A stretch of 64,000 bases of DNA, taken from IMG/VR virus record IMGVR_UViG_3300028641_000003; one strand, written 5' to 3'. Under the pieces are notes generated by a model. It ran no database searches and was not told the DNA's origin. It was given only the letters and a program-made list of their open reading frames with translations. Shown here in pieces: positions 35,709 through 45,140 of this stretch (position 1 is the first letter of the stretch; the number at the start of each line of letters is the position of its first letter). Origin of the DNA: an uncultured virus (IMG/VR IMGVR_UViG_3300028641_000003). Taxonomy: Duplodnaviria > Heunggongvirae > Uroviricota > Caudoviricetes. Made by a program: the position numbers and the translations under genes.

Positions 35709-37895
35709 ATGGCTAAACATTCTACTCTTAAGCTTATCATGGGTAACTGCGCTGCTTACCAAAGGAAGCGGGACGGGACTCTTGAGGAAGTTCCCAGTGT
35801 CTATGAAGTCTCGAATGGTCGTGGGAAGTTTGAGGGTAATCGCTTCACCACTGCTCGTTTTTGGAAAAATATATCAACTAGGTATTGGCAGTTTGATGAC
35901 TTCAAGTTTCACGGTGCTGCTGCTGCTTCATTTTTGGGTAACGCCCACCGTTTTAAGATTTGGTTCAACCCCCTTGAATCTTACAAGTTGCTCATGCGAG
36001 CCGCTTTGGATCTTCATTCTGACAAGGAAACTGAAAGAGAGATGGGTGGGAATCGTGGTAAGAGGGGAAGGAAACCAGTAGCTAAAGACGCTACTCTTCC
36101 AAGTGAAGAGGACATTCAGAAGGAAAACGAAAAGGCTGAGAAGGAGTGGGAATCTGTTCTTAACAACACCCATCCCAAGTGCGCTAAGCTTCAGGCAAAT
36201 TATGGTTGGAGTCCAAATCTCTATAAGGAACTTGTAGAGTCAGAAAAGACTGGTGAGTGGACTGATCGTGGCTGGGAGTTGTGGTGTGTCTCTCTTGTTA
36301 GTTGTGATTTTCTTTTCACTAACGTTACTGCTATCATGATTCACGAAGAGCAGCACATTATTCTTAACCACTTGAACCGCAACGGTAAGCGCGACCCGTA
36401 CCAGATGAATCTGGCGCAGGACTATGCTATCAATCAGGAACTTGATTGGTCAGATGAAGTAAAGAAGGTTCTTATTACCTGCGATAATGAAACTTTCTTC
36501 CAGCGTTTCATTATTTCTTATGTCAAGTACCTTTTGATCACTGAGAACGACCTTCGTCCAGAGATTGAGGACAAGTTTGGACTGAAGTTGGTCATGGTCC
36601 CTGGTGGGGACGAGCGTGCGAATCTGCAAGCCTTTATTGACAAGGCACTTCCGCAGGTCGATAGGATTTTCGAGAAGTACATGCTTCAGGGCGACAACTG
36701 GAACCATACTGATAAGACCGCAGGAAAGTCATCTGACTTCTATTACCGTGTCCTCATGGAGACTATGATCTTCCAGGGTGGATCCGGAAATGGTAAGGGC
36801 AATGGTAAGGGCAATGGTGGCGTCCGTGGTTATGATGGTCACGGGACTTGGGATGAAATTGCTGACGATGACGGTGAAGACGGAGGGGGTGAAGGTGGCG
36901 GTGAAGAAAAAGATGGCGAAGGCAAGGACGGTAAGGGCAAAGGAAAGGGCAAGGATGGCGAAGACGAGGGGGAAGACTCCGATTTCAATAAGATTAAGGG
37001 AAAGGCACAGGGGGGTAAGATTGATCAGATTCGCAAAGCACCAAAGGGTAGTAAGGCGAAGAATGGTGGCAACTCCAGCGGTGGAGAGGGGGAAGGCAAG
37101 GAAGGCGGCGAAGGATCTGTCGCGAATGGCTCTCATGTCAAGGACCGAGGTAAGGGCGAGGGAGCGGGTGCCGAGCATGCTGGCTTTGATGTAACTACCG
37201 CATGTTCCCGTCAGGAAATAAAGGCGTCCGTTCGCGATGCTCTTGAGCGTGCTGGTCTTAACCCAGATGATCCAGAAGAGTTGGCTCGCGCCCTTGGGCG
37301 CATCCCTGGAATGGGCAACCTTGGAACCGTCATTAGCGAGTTCTTTAAGGTTCCCACCAAGAACTGGCAGCAGATTCTTGCTAACTACTTGGCTACCTCA
37401 ATCAATGCCAAGGAAAAGGACTACACCATGTCTCGCGAAAACCGTCGCATTGCTGGGGTATTCCCGGGACAACGCCGTGAGCGCGGGCTTGATGTTATCA
37501 TTGCGGTTGACACCAGTGGTTCTATCAACTACAACGACTACAATGATTTCGTTGGGCAGATTGAGAAGATTGTCAAGGACTGTGACTTGACTAAGGTTCG
37601 CCTTATTCAGTGCCACCACACGATTTCCTTTGACAAGGAAGTTATCTTGAGCCGCATCAAGCGAATCCCCATCTGCGAAACTGGCGGAACGACCATGCGC
37701 GTCGTTTACGAGAAGTTGAAGAAAGAGGGCAACCGTAAGTTGCTTATTCTCTTCACTGATGGTTGCATTGATGATTTCCTCCAGAAAGACTACCCAGGAT
37801 TCAAGAGCATTATGTTCTTGAGCAGGGGCAATGGATGCTATGCCAAGCCTCTGATTGACCGTGGCTTCAAGGTCATCAGTCAGGATCAGGAGTAA
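35709..37895 (+). CDS. vWA domain / putative metallopeptidase (DUF2201-like) protein
   Basis: HEEQH, NLAQDYAIN, G/D/E/K-rich linker, DTSGS MIDAS, GGT, FTDG; start ATG 35709 with GAGG RBS. Confidence 0.85.
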   Translation: MAKHSTLKLIMGNCAAYQRKRDGTLEEVPSVYEVSNGRGKFEGNRFTTARFWKNISTRYWQFDDFKFHGAAAASFLGNAHRFKIWFNPLESYKLLMRAALDLHSDKETEREMGGNRGKRGRKPVAKDATLPSEEDIQKENEKAEKEWESVLNNTHPKCAKLQANYGWSPNLYKELVESEKTGEWTDRGWELWCVSLVSCDFLFTNVTAIMIHEEQHIILNHLNRNGKRDPYQMNLAQDYAINQELDWSDEVKKVLITCDNETFFQRFIISYVKYLLITENDLRPEIEDKFGLKLVMVPGGDERANLQAFIDKALPQVDRIFEKYMLQGDNWNHTDKTAGKSSDFYYRVLMETMIFQGGSGNGKGNGKGNGGVRGYDGHGTWDEIADDDGEDGGGEGGGEEKDGEGKDGKGKGKGKDGEDEGEDSDFNKIKGKAQGGKIDQIRKAPKGSKAKNGGNSSGGEGEGKEGGEGSVANGSHVKDRGKGEGAGAEHAGFDVTTACSRQEIKASVRDALERAGLNPDDPEELARALGRIPGMGNLGTVISEFFKVPTKNWQQILANYLATSINAKEKDYTMSRENRRIAGVFPGQRRERGLDVIIAVDTSGSINYNDYNDFVGQIEKIVKDCDLTKVRLIQCHHTISFDKEVILSRIKRIPICETGGTTMRVVYEKLKKEGNRKLLILFTDGCIDDFLQKDYPGFKSIMFLSRGNGCYAKPLIDRGFKVISQDQE

Positions 37896-37899
37896 TAAT

Positions 37900-38292
37900 A
37901 TGAATGACAAGATTTATGTCAAGGACTTGGAGAAGATCATTGCCAAGCAGGAAAGAAAGATACTTAAGCTCGAAAAAGAAAAAATGAGCAGAGAGCGTGC
38001 TGCTGCCGTTTTTGCCGAGTATTTCATTGTTGAAAATGACACAATTCCTGGTGGATTAGCAAGTGATATGCGAGCCGTGCTTAGGCGATTTAAATACTAT
38101 CCCGAAGAAAAGCCAAGCTTTAGCAACTATGTTGCCGAAATGGATTCAAGTGATTATAAGTTACTTGAAAAGGCTGTCAAGAAACTATTTTGTGTCGAAA
38201 TAAAGGATCTTTGGCAGTATGGGTTACATATTGACACTAAACATGATAGTGGTAATATTAGTGACGATGACTCCGGACCTGTTTTTCTTTAA
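37900..38292 (+). CDS. hypothetical protein
   Basis: Start ATG 37900 after AGGAG. Confidence 0.7.
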   Translation: MNDKIYVKDLEKIIAKQERKILKLEKEKMSRERAAAVFAEYFIVENDTIPGGLASDMRAVLRRFKYYPEEKPSFSNYVAEMDSSDYKLLEKAVKKLFCVEIKDLWQYGLHIDTKHDSGNISDDDSGPVFL

Positions 38293-38384
38293 CTTGTATC
38301 ACACACTCAAACTAACCTCAGACCACATACCCCTTTCTTTCTCATAAATCCCCTCTACAATAAGCCCCATAAGGAACCAATACC

Positions 38385-39557
38385 ATGGCTCAACAGGAAA
38401 TGTCCCGCAAGCAGATTATCGACTGCATCCACTTTGCGGTTAATCACTCTACCGAAAAGATCAAGTTACCAATTGCTATTTGGGGACTTCATGGTGTCGG
38501 TAAGACCCAAACCGTGGAAGAGGTTGCCAAGCAGATGGGGTATAACCTAGTCATTCTCCACCTTGCTACACAGGACGTTGCCGACTTGATTGGTATTCCT
38601 CGCGACATGGAAGTGAAGGACGGGGACGGAAATATTGTTGACAAGGTTACGATCTGGTCTTGCCCCGATTGGCTCCACACTGCCCGCAAGTTGTGGAATG
38701 AGAAAAAGATCCCCACTATCTTCTTCCTTGACGAGATGAACCGTGGCAACCGTATGGTTCTGGCTGCCATGTTGCCGTTCCTCATCAATGGTGTTCTCCA
38801 CACCCACAGCATTGGACCCAAGGATGCGGTCATGGCGGCTATGAACCCGCCCACCGAGGACTATGAGGTTAACGATTTGATTGACAAGGCTCTTCTCAAC
38901 CGTATGGGACATGTTATCATGCGCCCAACTCATGCCGAGTATGTAGACTACCTCAAGAATACTGGCATGGATAAGATAACTCTGTCGGTTCTCAAGGAAG
39001 ATCCTGCGTGGACTAAGATTCCAGAGTTCGATCTTCCGTTTACCATTACCCCCTCCCGTCGTTCTATTGACTATGTTATGAAGGTCATTGGTAAGATGGG
39101 TCGCGGTTGGGTCAAGGAACATGCTTCTCATATTATTGAGTGCTACCTTGGTCAGAATTTCCGTGATGCGTGGATGGAACACTTCTCACGGCAGGGACAG
39201 TCCATCACCCTTGACATGCTTATCGACTATGATAACAACAAGGAGGAAATCACGGGTATTCTGAAGACCGAGATTGATGGGGAGAAGACGGTTAGACTTG
39301 ATCTTCTCCAGAAGGCAGTAGCATTGATTAAGCAATATATTGAGGATAAGAAGGATAAAATCACCCTGGAAGATGTTAATTGGATGAAGAAGTTTTTCAA
39401 CAACCCGATCATTGACGATGAATACGCTGCGAGCGTATTCGAGGCTAACAAGCATATCAAGGAGAAGATGCTTACCGATGTCAACTTTAATGTTTCGGTC
39501 GGAAACTTCTTGCGAGAAAAAAAGATTTGGAACGACGATGGCATTCCTGTGTGGTGA
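38385..39557 (+). CDS. MoxR-like AAA+ ATPase
   Basis: Walker A GLHGVGKT, Walker B FFLDEMNR, AAMNP, DKALLNR, TPSRRS. Confidence 0.88.
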   Translation: MAQQEMSRKQIIDCIHFAVNHSTEKIKLPIAIWGLHGVGKTQTVEEVAKQMGYNLVILHLATQDVADLIGIPRDMEVKDGDGNIVDKVTIWSCPDWLHTARKLWNEKKIPTIFFLDEMNRGNRMVLAAMLPFLINGVLHTHSIGPKDAVMAAMNPPTEDYEVNDLIDKALLNRMGHVIMRPTHAEYVDYLKNTGMDKITLSVLKEDPAWTKIPEFDLPFTITPSRRSIDYVMKVIGKMGRGWVKEHASHIIECYLGQNFRDAWMEHFSRQGQSITLDMLIDYDNNKEEITGILKTEIDGEKTVRLDLLQKAVALIKQYIEDKKDKITLEDVNWMKKFFNNPIIDDEYAASVFEANKHIKEKMLTDVNFNVSVGNFLREKKIWNDDGIPVW

Positions 39558-39639
39558 GTGATACACAGCACACAGAAAAACTAAACATATACCTTGAGTA
39601 ATAAAATTTACACGATAGAATCAAACTAAGGAAACAAAA

Positions 39640-40716
39640 ATGACCGACAACTTTTCTCAAGCCGTTATGACCGCAAGCGAAGTCCTTGGAGTCAATCATC
39701 TTAAGACCGCAGTTATGGGTGGGACTATTATTGATGTGGACGAGGACGCGGGATACACCACAAAGGGCTGGCAGATGTCCGCTCTTAGGCGTCCAGAACA
39801 AGTTGTAGATTGCCCTAATAATGCTCTTCTCATTTATCCTGCTATTGAGCAGGCGGAACGAGAAAATGGCGGCAAGGAAGACATGCGTGTAATGGGTTCT
39901 TTGTGGATTAATGGGTTTATCCCACATTCCCGTGCCTTGGTTGATCCCGATAATGCTACGAGGGCAACCGCAACCACCATGTTTAAGTTTGGACTGGTTA
40001 CTGTTGATCAGTTGTTCAAGTCGCGCAGTGATGACATTTTGGCAACGTTCTGCACTTTTTTCAAGTGGTACGGTGGATCAGACGATGATAGGATTCTTCC
40101 CAAGGAGTTTGCCGATCCTTCGTGTATTGGAAAGAATGTAAGGAGGGGTATGGTATGCTCTAAGTGGGCGATTAAGCCCATCCCTGTGCGCTATGTTGTA
40201 AAGATTCGTGGAGATAGCGGAAGCAGGGATTCGGTATATTTTGTCGGTGGGTCGGATGAACTGATTAGTGATGATATGGATTCGCTATCGGCGTCAATTG
40301 GAAATATGTATAACACTGCTAGAAATCTCAGAAGTTCGGCTTACAAGGCTGGAAATATCCCCAACGATGTCAAGTACTGTGATGATTTGTCAAACCCACA
40401 AAAGGTGTGGTACGAATATGATGAGGAAGATTTTAGCGATTCTCTGAGGAACCATGACCTGACTAAAGCACGCTTGATGATGAAAAAGATCAATCGCACT
40501 CTTCAGGGTGTAATCTATATTCGTAACTATTTTCACTATGCCAAGAGATTCCTCAAGGTTAAGAAAGTTGCTGATTTTAATTTGAAGGTAAGCAGCACTC
40601 CAAGGGAAACTGATATTGATGAGATTATCAACAGATATGAGAACATCTATCAGTATATTAGGAACATCTGCCGTGTATATCCTGAGATTGGCGAAGGTAA
40701 GTTAGAAGATAATTGA
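39640..40716 (+). CDS. hypothetical protein
   Basis: 358 aa; promoter TTGAGT 39594-N16-TAGAAT; AAGGA RBS. Confidence 0.75.
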   Translation: MTDNFSQAVMTASEVLGVNHLKTAVMGGTIIDVDEDAGYTTKGWQMSALRRPEQVVDCPNNALLIYPAIEQAERENGGKEDMRVMGSLWINGFIPHSRALVDPDNATRATATTMFKFGLVTVDQLFKSRSDDILATFCTFFKWYGGSDDDRILPKEFADPSCIGKNVRRGMVCSKWAIKPIPVRYVVKIRGDSGSRDSVYFVGGSDELISDDMDSLSASIGNMYNTARNLRSSAYKAGNIPNDVKYCDDLSNPQKVWYEYDEEDFSDSLRNHDLTKARLMMKKINRTLQGVIYIRNYFHYAKRFLKVKKVADFNLKVSSTPRETDIDEIINRYENIYQYIRNICRVYPEIGEGKLEDN

Positions 40717-40740
40717 CCTACATTTTTTGTAGATGGTATA

Positions 40741-40771
40741 ATACGGGGGCTTATGGCTCCCGTATTTTTTT
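40741..40771 (+). terminator. intrinsic terminator followed by TATAAATA (40771-40778)
   Basis: ATACGGGGGC-TTATG-GCTCCCGTAT-TTTTTT. Confidence 0.7.
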
Positions 40772-40787
40772 ATAAATAGAGGTATAT

Positions 40788-41195
40788 ATGACTGAAACAT
40801 GGCTAAATGCTCCTTGGGTAGAAACTTATGAAAACTATGATTATATAGATGAACCTATTAATTTGGGGGACTTGGCGTGGTTTGATGTAAAAATATCTCT
40901 GGGTGAAACAGATAATGAGAAAAAGGAACATATTGAGGCAATGAAGCAACAAGTAAAGTTGGGTATATTGCAACCTAACGGATTGCCAACGGGAATGAAG
41001 GTTCCAAATGCAACTATTAGTGCGTTTAATGACAATAATAAACTAACTCCGGTTTTTAAGATGCCAACCGCTACAAATAAGCATTTCAATCCAATTGGAG
41101 TGTCACCGTTTAAGCCTGAAAAAAATATATTTGAAAAGGCGCATACAAAAATGAGTATGCTTGATGAATTAACTAGAGACAGGAGAAAATCATGA
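40788..41195 (+). CDS. hypothetical late protein
   Basis: TATAAATA then GAGG RBS. Confidence 0.7.
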   Translation: MTETWLNAPWVETYENYDYIDEPINLGDLAWFDVKISLGETDNEKKEHIEAMKQQVKLGILQPNGLPTGMKVPNATISAFNDNNKLTPVFKMPTATNKHFNPIGVSPFKPEKNIFEKAHTKMSMLDELTRDRRKS

Positions 41196-41401
41196 TAGAA
41201 TCGTCGTACAAGTGTCCACATTGTGGTAAGCAGACCTTTGGGGTTTTGCCTACCCGTACTAATGAGGGAATTATTTGCCCACATTGTCTGAAAAACGGTC
41301 TAAACATAATAATGACAGAAAGAAAAACCCATTCCATTCGTCATATGGGCGACGGAATATATGTAAAGAAAAATATTAACGAATCGTCTGTTATCATTTG
41401 A
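41192..41401 (+). CDS. zinc-ribbon protein
   Basis: Two CPHC motifs. Confidence 0.65.
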   Translation: MIESSYKCPHCGKQTFGVLPTRTNEGIICPHCLKNGLNIIMTERKTHSIRHMGDGIYVKKNINESSVII

Positions 41402-41443
41402 TTAATCCCCCATGACAGCATATAATGCTTACATGGAGGTAAT

Positions 41444-42118
41444 ATGTTAAACGTAATATTTTTATTTGGGCATAGACAACAACACGGTAAAAATACAGCG
41501 GCACTGTTACTTGAAGGGTATCTTAGGGAAAATAATATAAGTTACATATCTACTTATTTTGCTAAAAAACTTAAGATGATATGTGCTGAAAAGTATGGTC
41601 TTGATTTTTCCAGAATGGAAGATAATGAATATAAAATGTCTTGTCCAGACTGGCTGGAAGAAAAGATAATATATTGGGATGTGGAAAATAATAGAGAAGT
41701 CCCTCAATGGGTTTTTATGGATCCGGGGAAACTTAAAATAGAACAAAGAACGAAAAAAAGAACAGTGCGAGATGTTTTGCTTGAAGAAGGACAAAGATCG
41801 CGAGAGATATGGTACGATATTTGGGCTAGTGGTGTCTACGACGAAATGGCATCTTCAAATAAATCAGTAGGCATTGTTTCTGACTTTAGATATCCAAACG
41901 AATATACCTATTCCCAAAAGAAAAATATATCATGTAAGGTAGTCAAGGTGCTGGTCCATAGACCAAACGGCATATTCAGAGAAGATGGTGCCGACAATCT
42001 TCTACCAGATATTGATAAAAAATATTGGGATCATGTTATAATAAATGAAGAATCGCCACATTGGGAAGATAAAATGAAAACCGAAATAATTACAATAGCG
42101 AGGGGATATGGCTTATAA
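41444..42118 (+). CDS. deoxynucleoside monophosphate kinase-like protein
   Basis: GHRQQHGKNT P-loop, FAKKLK, R-x-x-L-x-x-x-G, SDFRYPNE. Confidence 0.8.
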   Translation: MLNVIFLFGHRQQHGKNTAALLLEGYLRENNISYISTYFAKKLKMICAEKYGLDFSRMEDNEYKMSCPDWLEEKIIYWDVENNREVPQWVFMDPGKLKIEQRTKKRTVRDVLLEEGQRSREIWYDIWASGVYDEMASSNKSVGIVSDFRYPNEYTYSQKKNISCKVVKVLVHRPNGIFREDGADNLLPDIDKKYWDHVIINEESPHWEDKMKTEIITIARGYGL

Positions 42119-42368
42119 AATAGTTAAATTAAATAAGGCTAGATGTAAGGTATGTGGAGATGTGTTGATATCGAAATATGAGGGAAAAGAAGAAACTTGC
42201 TCATGTGGAAAATTGAAAATAGGCGGAGGAAATTCGTGGTTAAAAAGAAGTGGAAAAAGTGGAGTGGATTTTGAGGAACTTGCTATTTTAAATTTTAGCC
42301 AAGTCCCCGATAATGTTATTGGGACTGTGGACGATGACATCAATCAACAGAATCAAACCGAAGGATAA
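42108..42368 (+). CDS. zinc-finger protein
   Basis: CKVCGD...CSCG...GG. Confidence 0.7.
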   Translation: MAYKIVKLNKARCKVCGDVLISKYEGKEETCSCGKLKIGGGNSWLKRSGKSGVDFEELAILNFSQVPDNVIGTVDDDINQQNQTEG

Positions 42369-42370
42369 TA

Positions 42371-43096
42371 ATGAAATTAAACTACATAGACTCCCATAAG
42401 TATCTTAGTAAAATAAAAAATAGAAAAATGCAAGACGAGGGCGAAGGGGTAGATGAAGCTGAAGAAAAGCCAGAAGGAAATGACGCCCAAAATGAGGTAC
42501 AATTTACCCTTCCGTATAACCTTATAATGCTTAATGGAGAAATTACAGATAAAACCGGAAAAGAAGTATCGGAGTTGCTTTTAGCATTTGACTTCAAGAA
42601 TGCCTTAACTAAAATAATGCAACCTATTCACTTAATGATTAATTCTGGTGGTGGATCTGTTACGGCAGCATGGCAGATATGCGACATAATGGACTGTATA
42701 TCAACGCCAGTATATACTATAGGAGTAGGTACAGTTGCTTCCGCTGCACTTGCAATATTTATTAATGGTCAACGGGGACATAGAATATTATCAGATAAGA
42801 CAAGTATCATGTCTCACCAGTATACTTGGGGAATAGAGGGAAAATATAAGGATCTTGTCCATACTCAAGAAGAGTTTGGTAACATATATCTTAGACTCGA
42901 AAAACATTACAAGAGAAATACGAATCTATCTAGTCAAGTTGTTAGAAAGAAGCTTTTAAGCGATGATTGTTGGTTGACCGCAGAACAGGCGCAAAAGTTT
43001 AAGCTATGTGATCATGTTATTGATTTTAGAAAGTATTCGCCTTTCTTTATTGCGTTGCCACCGAAAAAAGAGAAAACTAAAGGAAATAAGAAATGA
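42371..43096 (+). CDS. clpP: ClpP-like serine protease
   Basis: INSGGGSV, VASAA (Ser), MSHQ (His), D-x-WLTAEQA, LCD. Confidence 0.85.
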   Translation: MKLNYIDSHKYLSKIKNRKMQDEGEGVDEAEEKPEGNDAQNEVQFTLPYNLIMLNGEITDKTGKEVSELLLAFDFKNALTKIMQPIHLMINSGGGSVTAAWQICDIMDCISTPVYTIGVGTVASAALAIFINGQRGHRILSDKTSIMSHQYTWGIEGKYKDLVHTQEEFGNIYLRLEKHYKRNTNLSSQVVRKKLLSDDCWLTAEQAQKFKLCDHVIDFRKYSPFFIALPPKKEKTKGNKK

Positions 43097-43833
43097 CAGA
43101 CAATAAATTAACCGTATTCAATAAGGATTCTATTAACAAGCTTATTGATCAATCAGCAAGTAATGCATTTGAGGTAGCTGACGAGTTAAATAAAATATCT
43201 CTAGTCACACCAGCCGAAGTTGCTATTCTTAAAAAGGCTCAAGTGTTTTTGCTATCAACCTACACGGATGTTCCTGCGTTCAGGTCGTATATGGAAAAGT
43301 ATGTGGGAGTTTTAACAAATTCTAGGTTTCCAACCCCAGACGCAAAATTCTGGCAATGTAAGAAAGAAGCAGAAGTACAGTTTAACGAATTATTAAAGGC
43401 TATGTTGCGATTTAAAGCCCTAAATGTTGATATAGAAGAATGCTCATATAAAATAAAAGATTTAACTGCAAAAAAAGATACAGCAGAACATCCGTTTCTT
43501 GTCGAATGTGATATAGCTAGGCTTGAGTTGAAACTTGCAGAAATAAAGCTTCATGTTAAGACAGTAGAAAAGGAAATAAAGTATAGGATTGTTGAAATAG
43601 GAGATTGGAATGAAATCTCATCAGAATGGGAAACCGAATTAAAGCACAGTCCGAATGTATATGCTCAGCACGAAGTTGAGTCAATGTTAAAGTATATTTC
43701 TTACGAAATTTCTGCGGCTGCCGAAAAGAAGGACGAGAAAAGCGTTAAGATACTTTCATCTCAGCTTGACACATTAAAGTCATTTATACAAAAAAGAATG
43801 GGAAAGATGTTAGCTAAAAACAATAATAGCTAA
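43093..43833 (+). CDS. hypothetical coiled-coil protein (tail-module associated)
   Basis: PTPDAKFWQC then long helices; converges on the tail genes. Confidence 0.7.
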   Translation: MTDNKLTVFNKDSINKLIDQSASNAFEVADELNKISLVTPAEVAILKKAQVFLLSTYTDVPAFRSYMEKYVGVLTNSRFPTPDAKFWQCKKEAEVQFNELLKAMLRFKALNVDIEECSYKIKDLTAKKDTAEHPFLVECDIARLELKLAEIKLHVKTVEKEIKYRIVEIGDWNEISSEWETELKHSPNVYAQHEVESMLKYISYEISAAAEKKDEKSVKILSSQLDTLKSFIQKRMGKMLAKNNNS

Positions 43834-45137
43834 ATAACTCCACCATTAACATTCATTAATGTCCAATCGACACTACCGACGAATGGCAACTCGGATTTTA
43901 TTTTAAATCCAGTTGTCTTTTTGTCTGTCCACCATACGTTAATGTTTGATGAGCAACTTAGATTTATAGAATAGTCTGGAGTTTCAGTTGCGTTTTCGAA
44001 CAATACTTCATATTCAGTGAAGTCACGATTAAAGTTGACTGTTCCGTGTAATCTAGGTACTTTAGATTTTGGATCTATGTTAAATAAAACAGCATCAAGA
44101 GTAGATGTTGTCAAGTACTCAGCGCCACCAGAACCGTTGTTTATTTCTATCCCCAAAGTACGCTCATAGTGATTTGGGTGATAATCTATGACCCTAAATT
44201 GCACCTTGATTAAATGTGAACGATTTTCATATGGTAGCTTCTCCACTACCGGACTGACACAGTTTAGATCGTTATTGACACATTCTACTTTTTGACATCC
44301 ACAATCTGCATTGCAATCTGTGTTGCTCTTTGGCTGTCCCGTGGTGTCAAATCTTCCAGTCGAAGCAAAGCCTGGAAGAGTCCCAAAGTAATTTAATGAA
44401 ACAGGGAAAGACACCTTACCACCATTGTTCTGAACAACGGCGGTTCTTGTTAATTCAACTCCGGTAGAAGCATCATAAAGTCTGAATAGAACTGGTTCTG
44501 TTACGTTATATCCAGCGAATGCTATCTTTGACATTATTATTGATGCTTTATATTCTTCTTCGAAAGGTGGGAGGACCAATTCAAGGTTCTGTATATCCCA
44601 CCATCTTGGTTCTCCCGTCTGTGGATCTAATGTCTTTTCGAAATTTGAAAGGGATACTAATGTCGCACAATATGGCAAACTATTAAACTCAGCAAGAAAC
44701 TTGTCTATTGACCATGTTCTATTCGGACCAGACGGATCGGACTCGCGTGGAAGATTGGCACATTTACTATGATCTAGGGATGATTTCCCCATCCACCAGA
44801 GCGATCCGTTAGTTAGGTACTTTCTCCAGCTTTGACAGGAATTTATTATTTCTTTAAGGGAATATTCTCTGGAAACAGTCTGGTCCTTAAAAAATAAGCC
44901 AACCCCATCATCAGTTCTCTTAGAGTATATTCCTTTCACTCTTGAGTATATTTCTTGAAAAGTCAAATAATCTTTATTTAATATATCAGTTATCCATTGA
45001 TCTTTAAATATGAGATTGCCGTCTTCGTCTGTGAAGATGCCAACATCTACATCTGATATGTCACCAGTTGAGGTTGCCGCAGCATCTCCTTTAAATACCA
45101 GCCCATCTATCTGAAATGCTTTTGTGTTTATAGTCAT
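43830..45137 (-). CDS. putative tail/baseplate-associated structural protein
   Basis: 435 aa; shares FKDQ and C-terminal YS..N..VWW..K..F..GSVDW modules with 45141..51710. Confidence 0.65.
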   Translation of the reverse strand: MTINTKAFQIDGLVFKGDAAATSTGDISDVDVGIFTDEDGNLIFKDQWITDILNKDYLTFQEIYSRVKGIYSKRTDDGVGLFFKDQTVSREYSLKEIINSCQSWRKYLTNGSLWWMGKSSLDHSKCANLPRESDPSGPNRTWSIDKFLAEFNSLPYCATLVSLSNFEKTLDPQTGEPRWWDIQNLELVLPPFEEEYKASIIMSKIAFAGYNVTEPVLFRLYDASTGVELTRTAVVQNNGGKVSFPVSLNYFGTLPGFASTGRFDTTGQPKSNTDCNADCGCQKVECVNNDLNCVSPVVEKLPYENRSHLIKVQFRVIDYHPNHYERTLGIEINNGSGGAEYLTTSTLDAVLFNIDPKSKVPRLHGTVNFNRDFTEYEVLFENATETPDYSINLSCSSNINVWWTDKKTTGFKIKSELPFVGSVDWTLMNVNGGVI

Positions 45138-45140
45138 AAC

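Noticed and set aside
36780..37170. G-rich repeats (GGTAAGGGCAAT etc.) as a DNA element
   Set aside because: Explained by the Gly/Lys/Asp/Glu low-complexity linker of the vWA protein.
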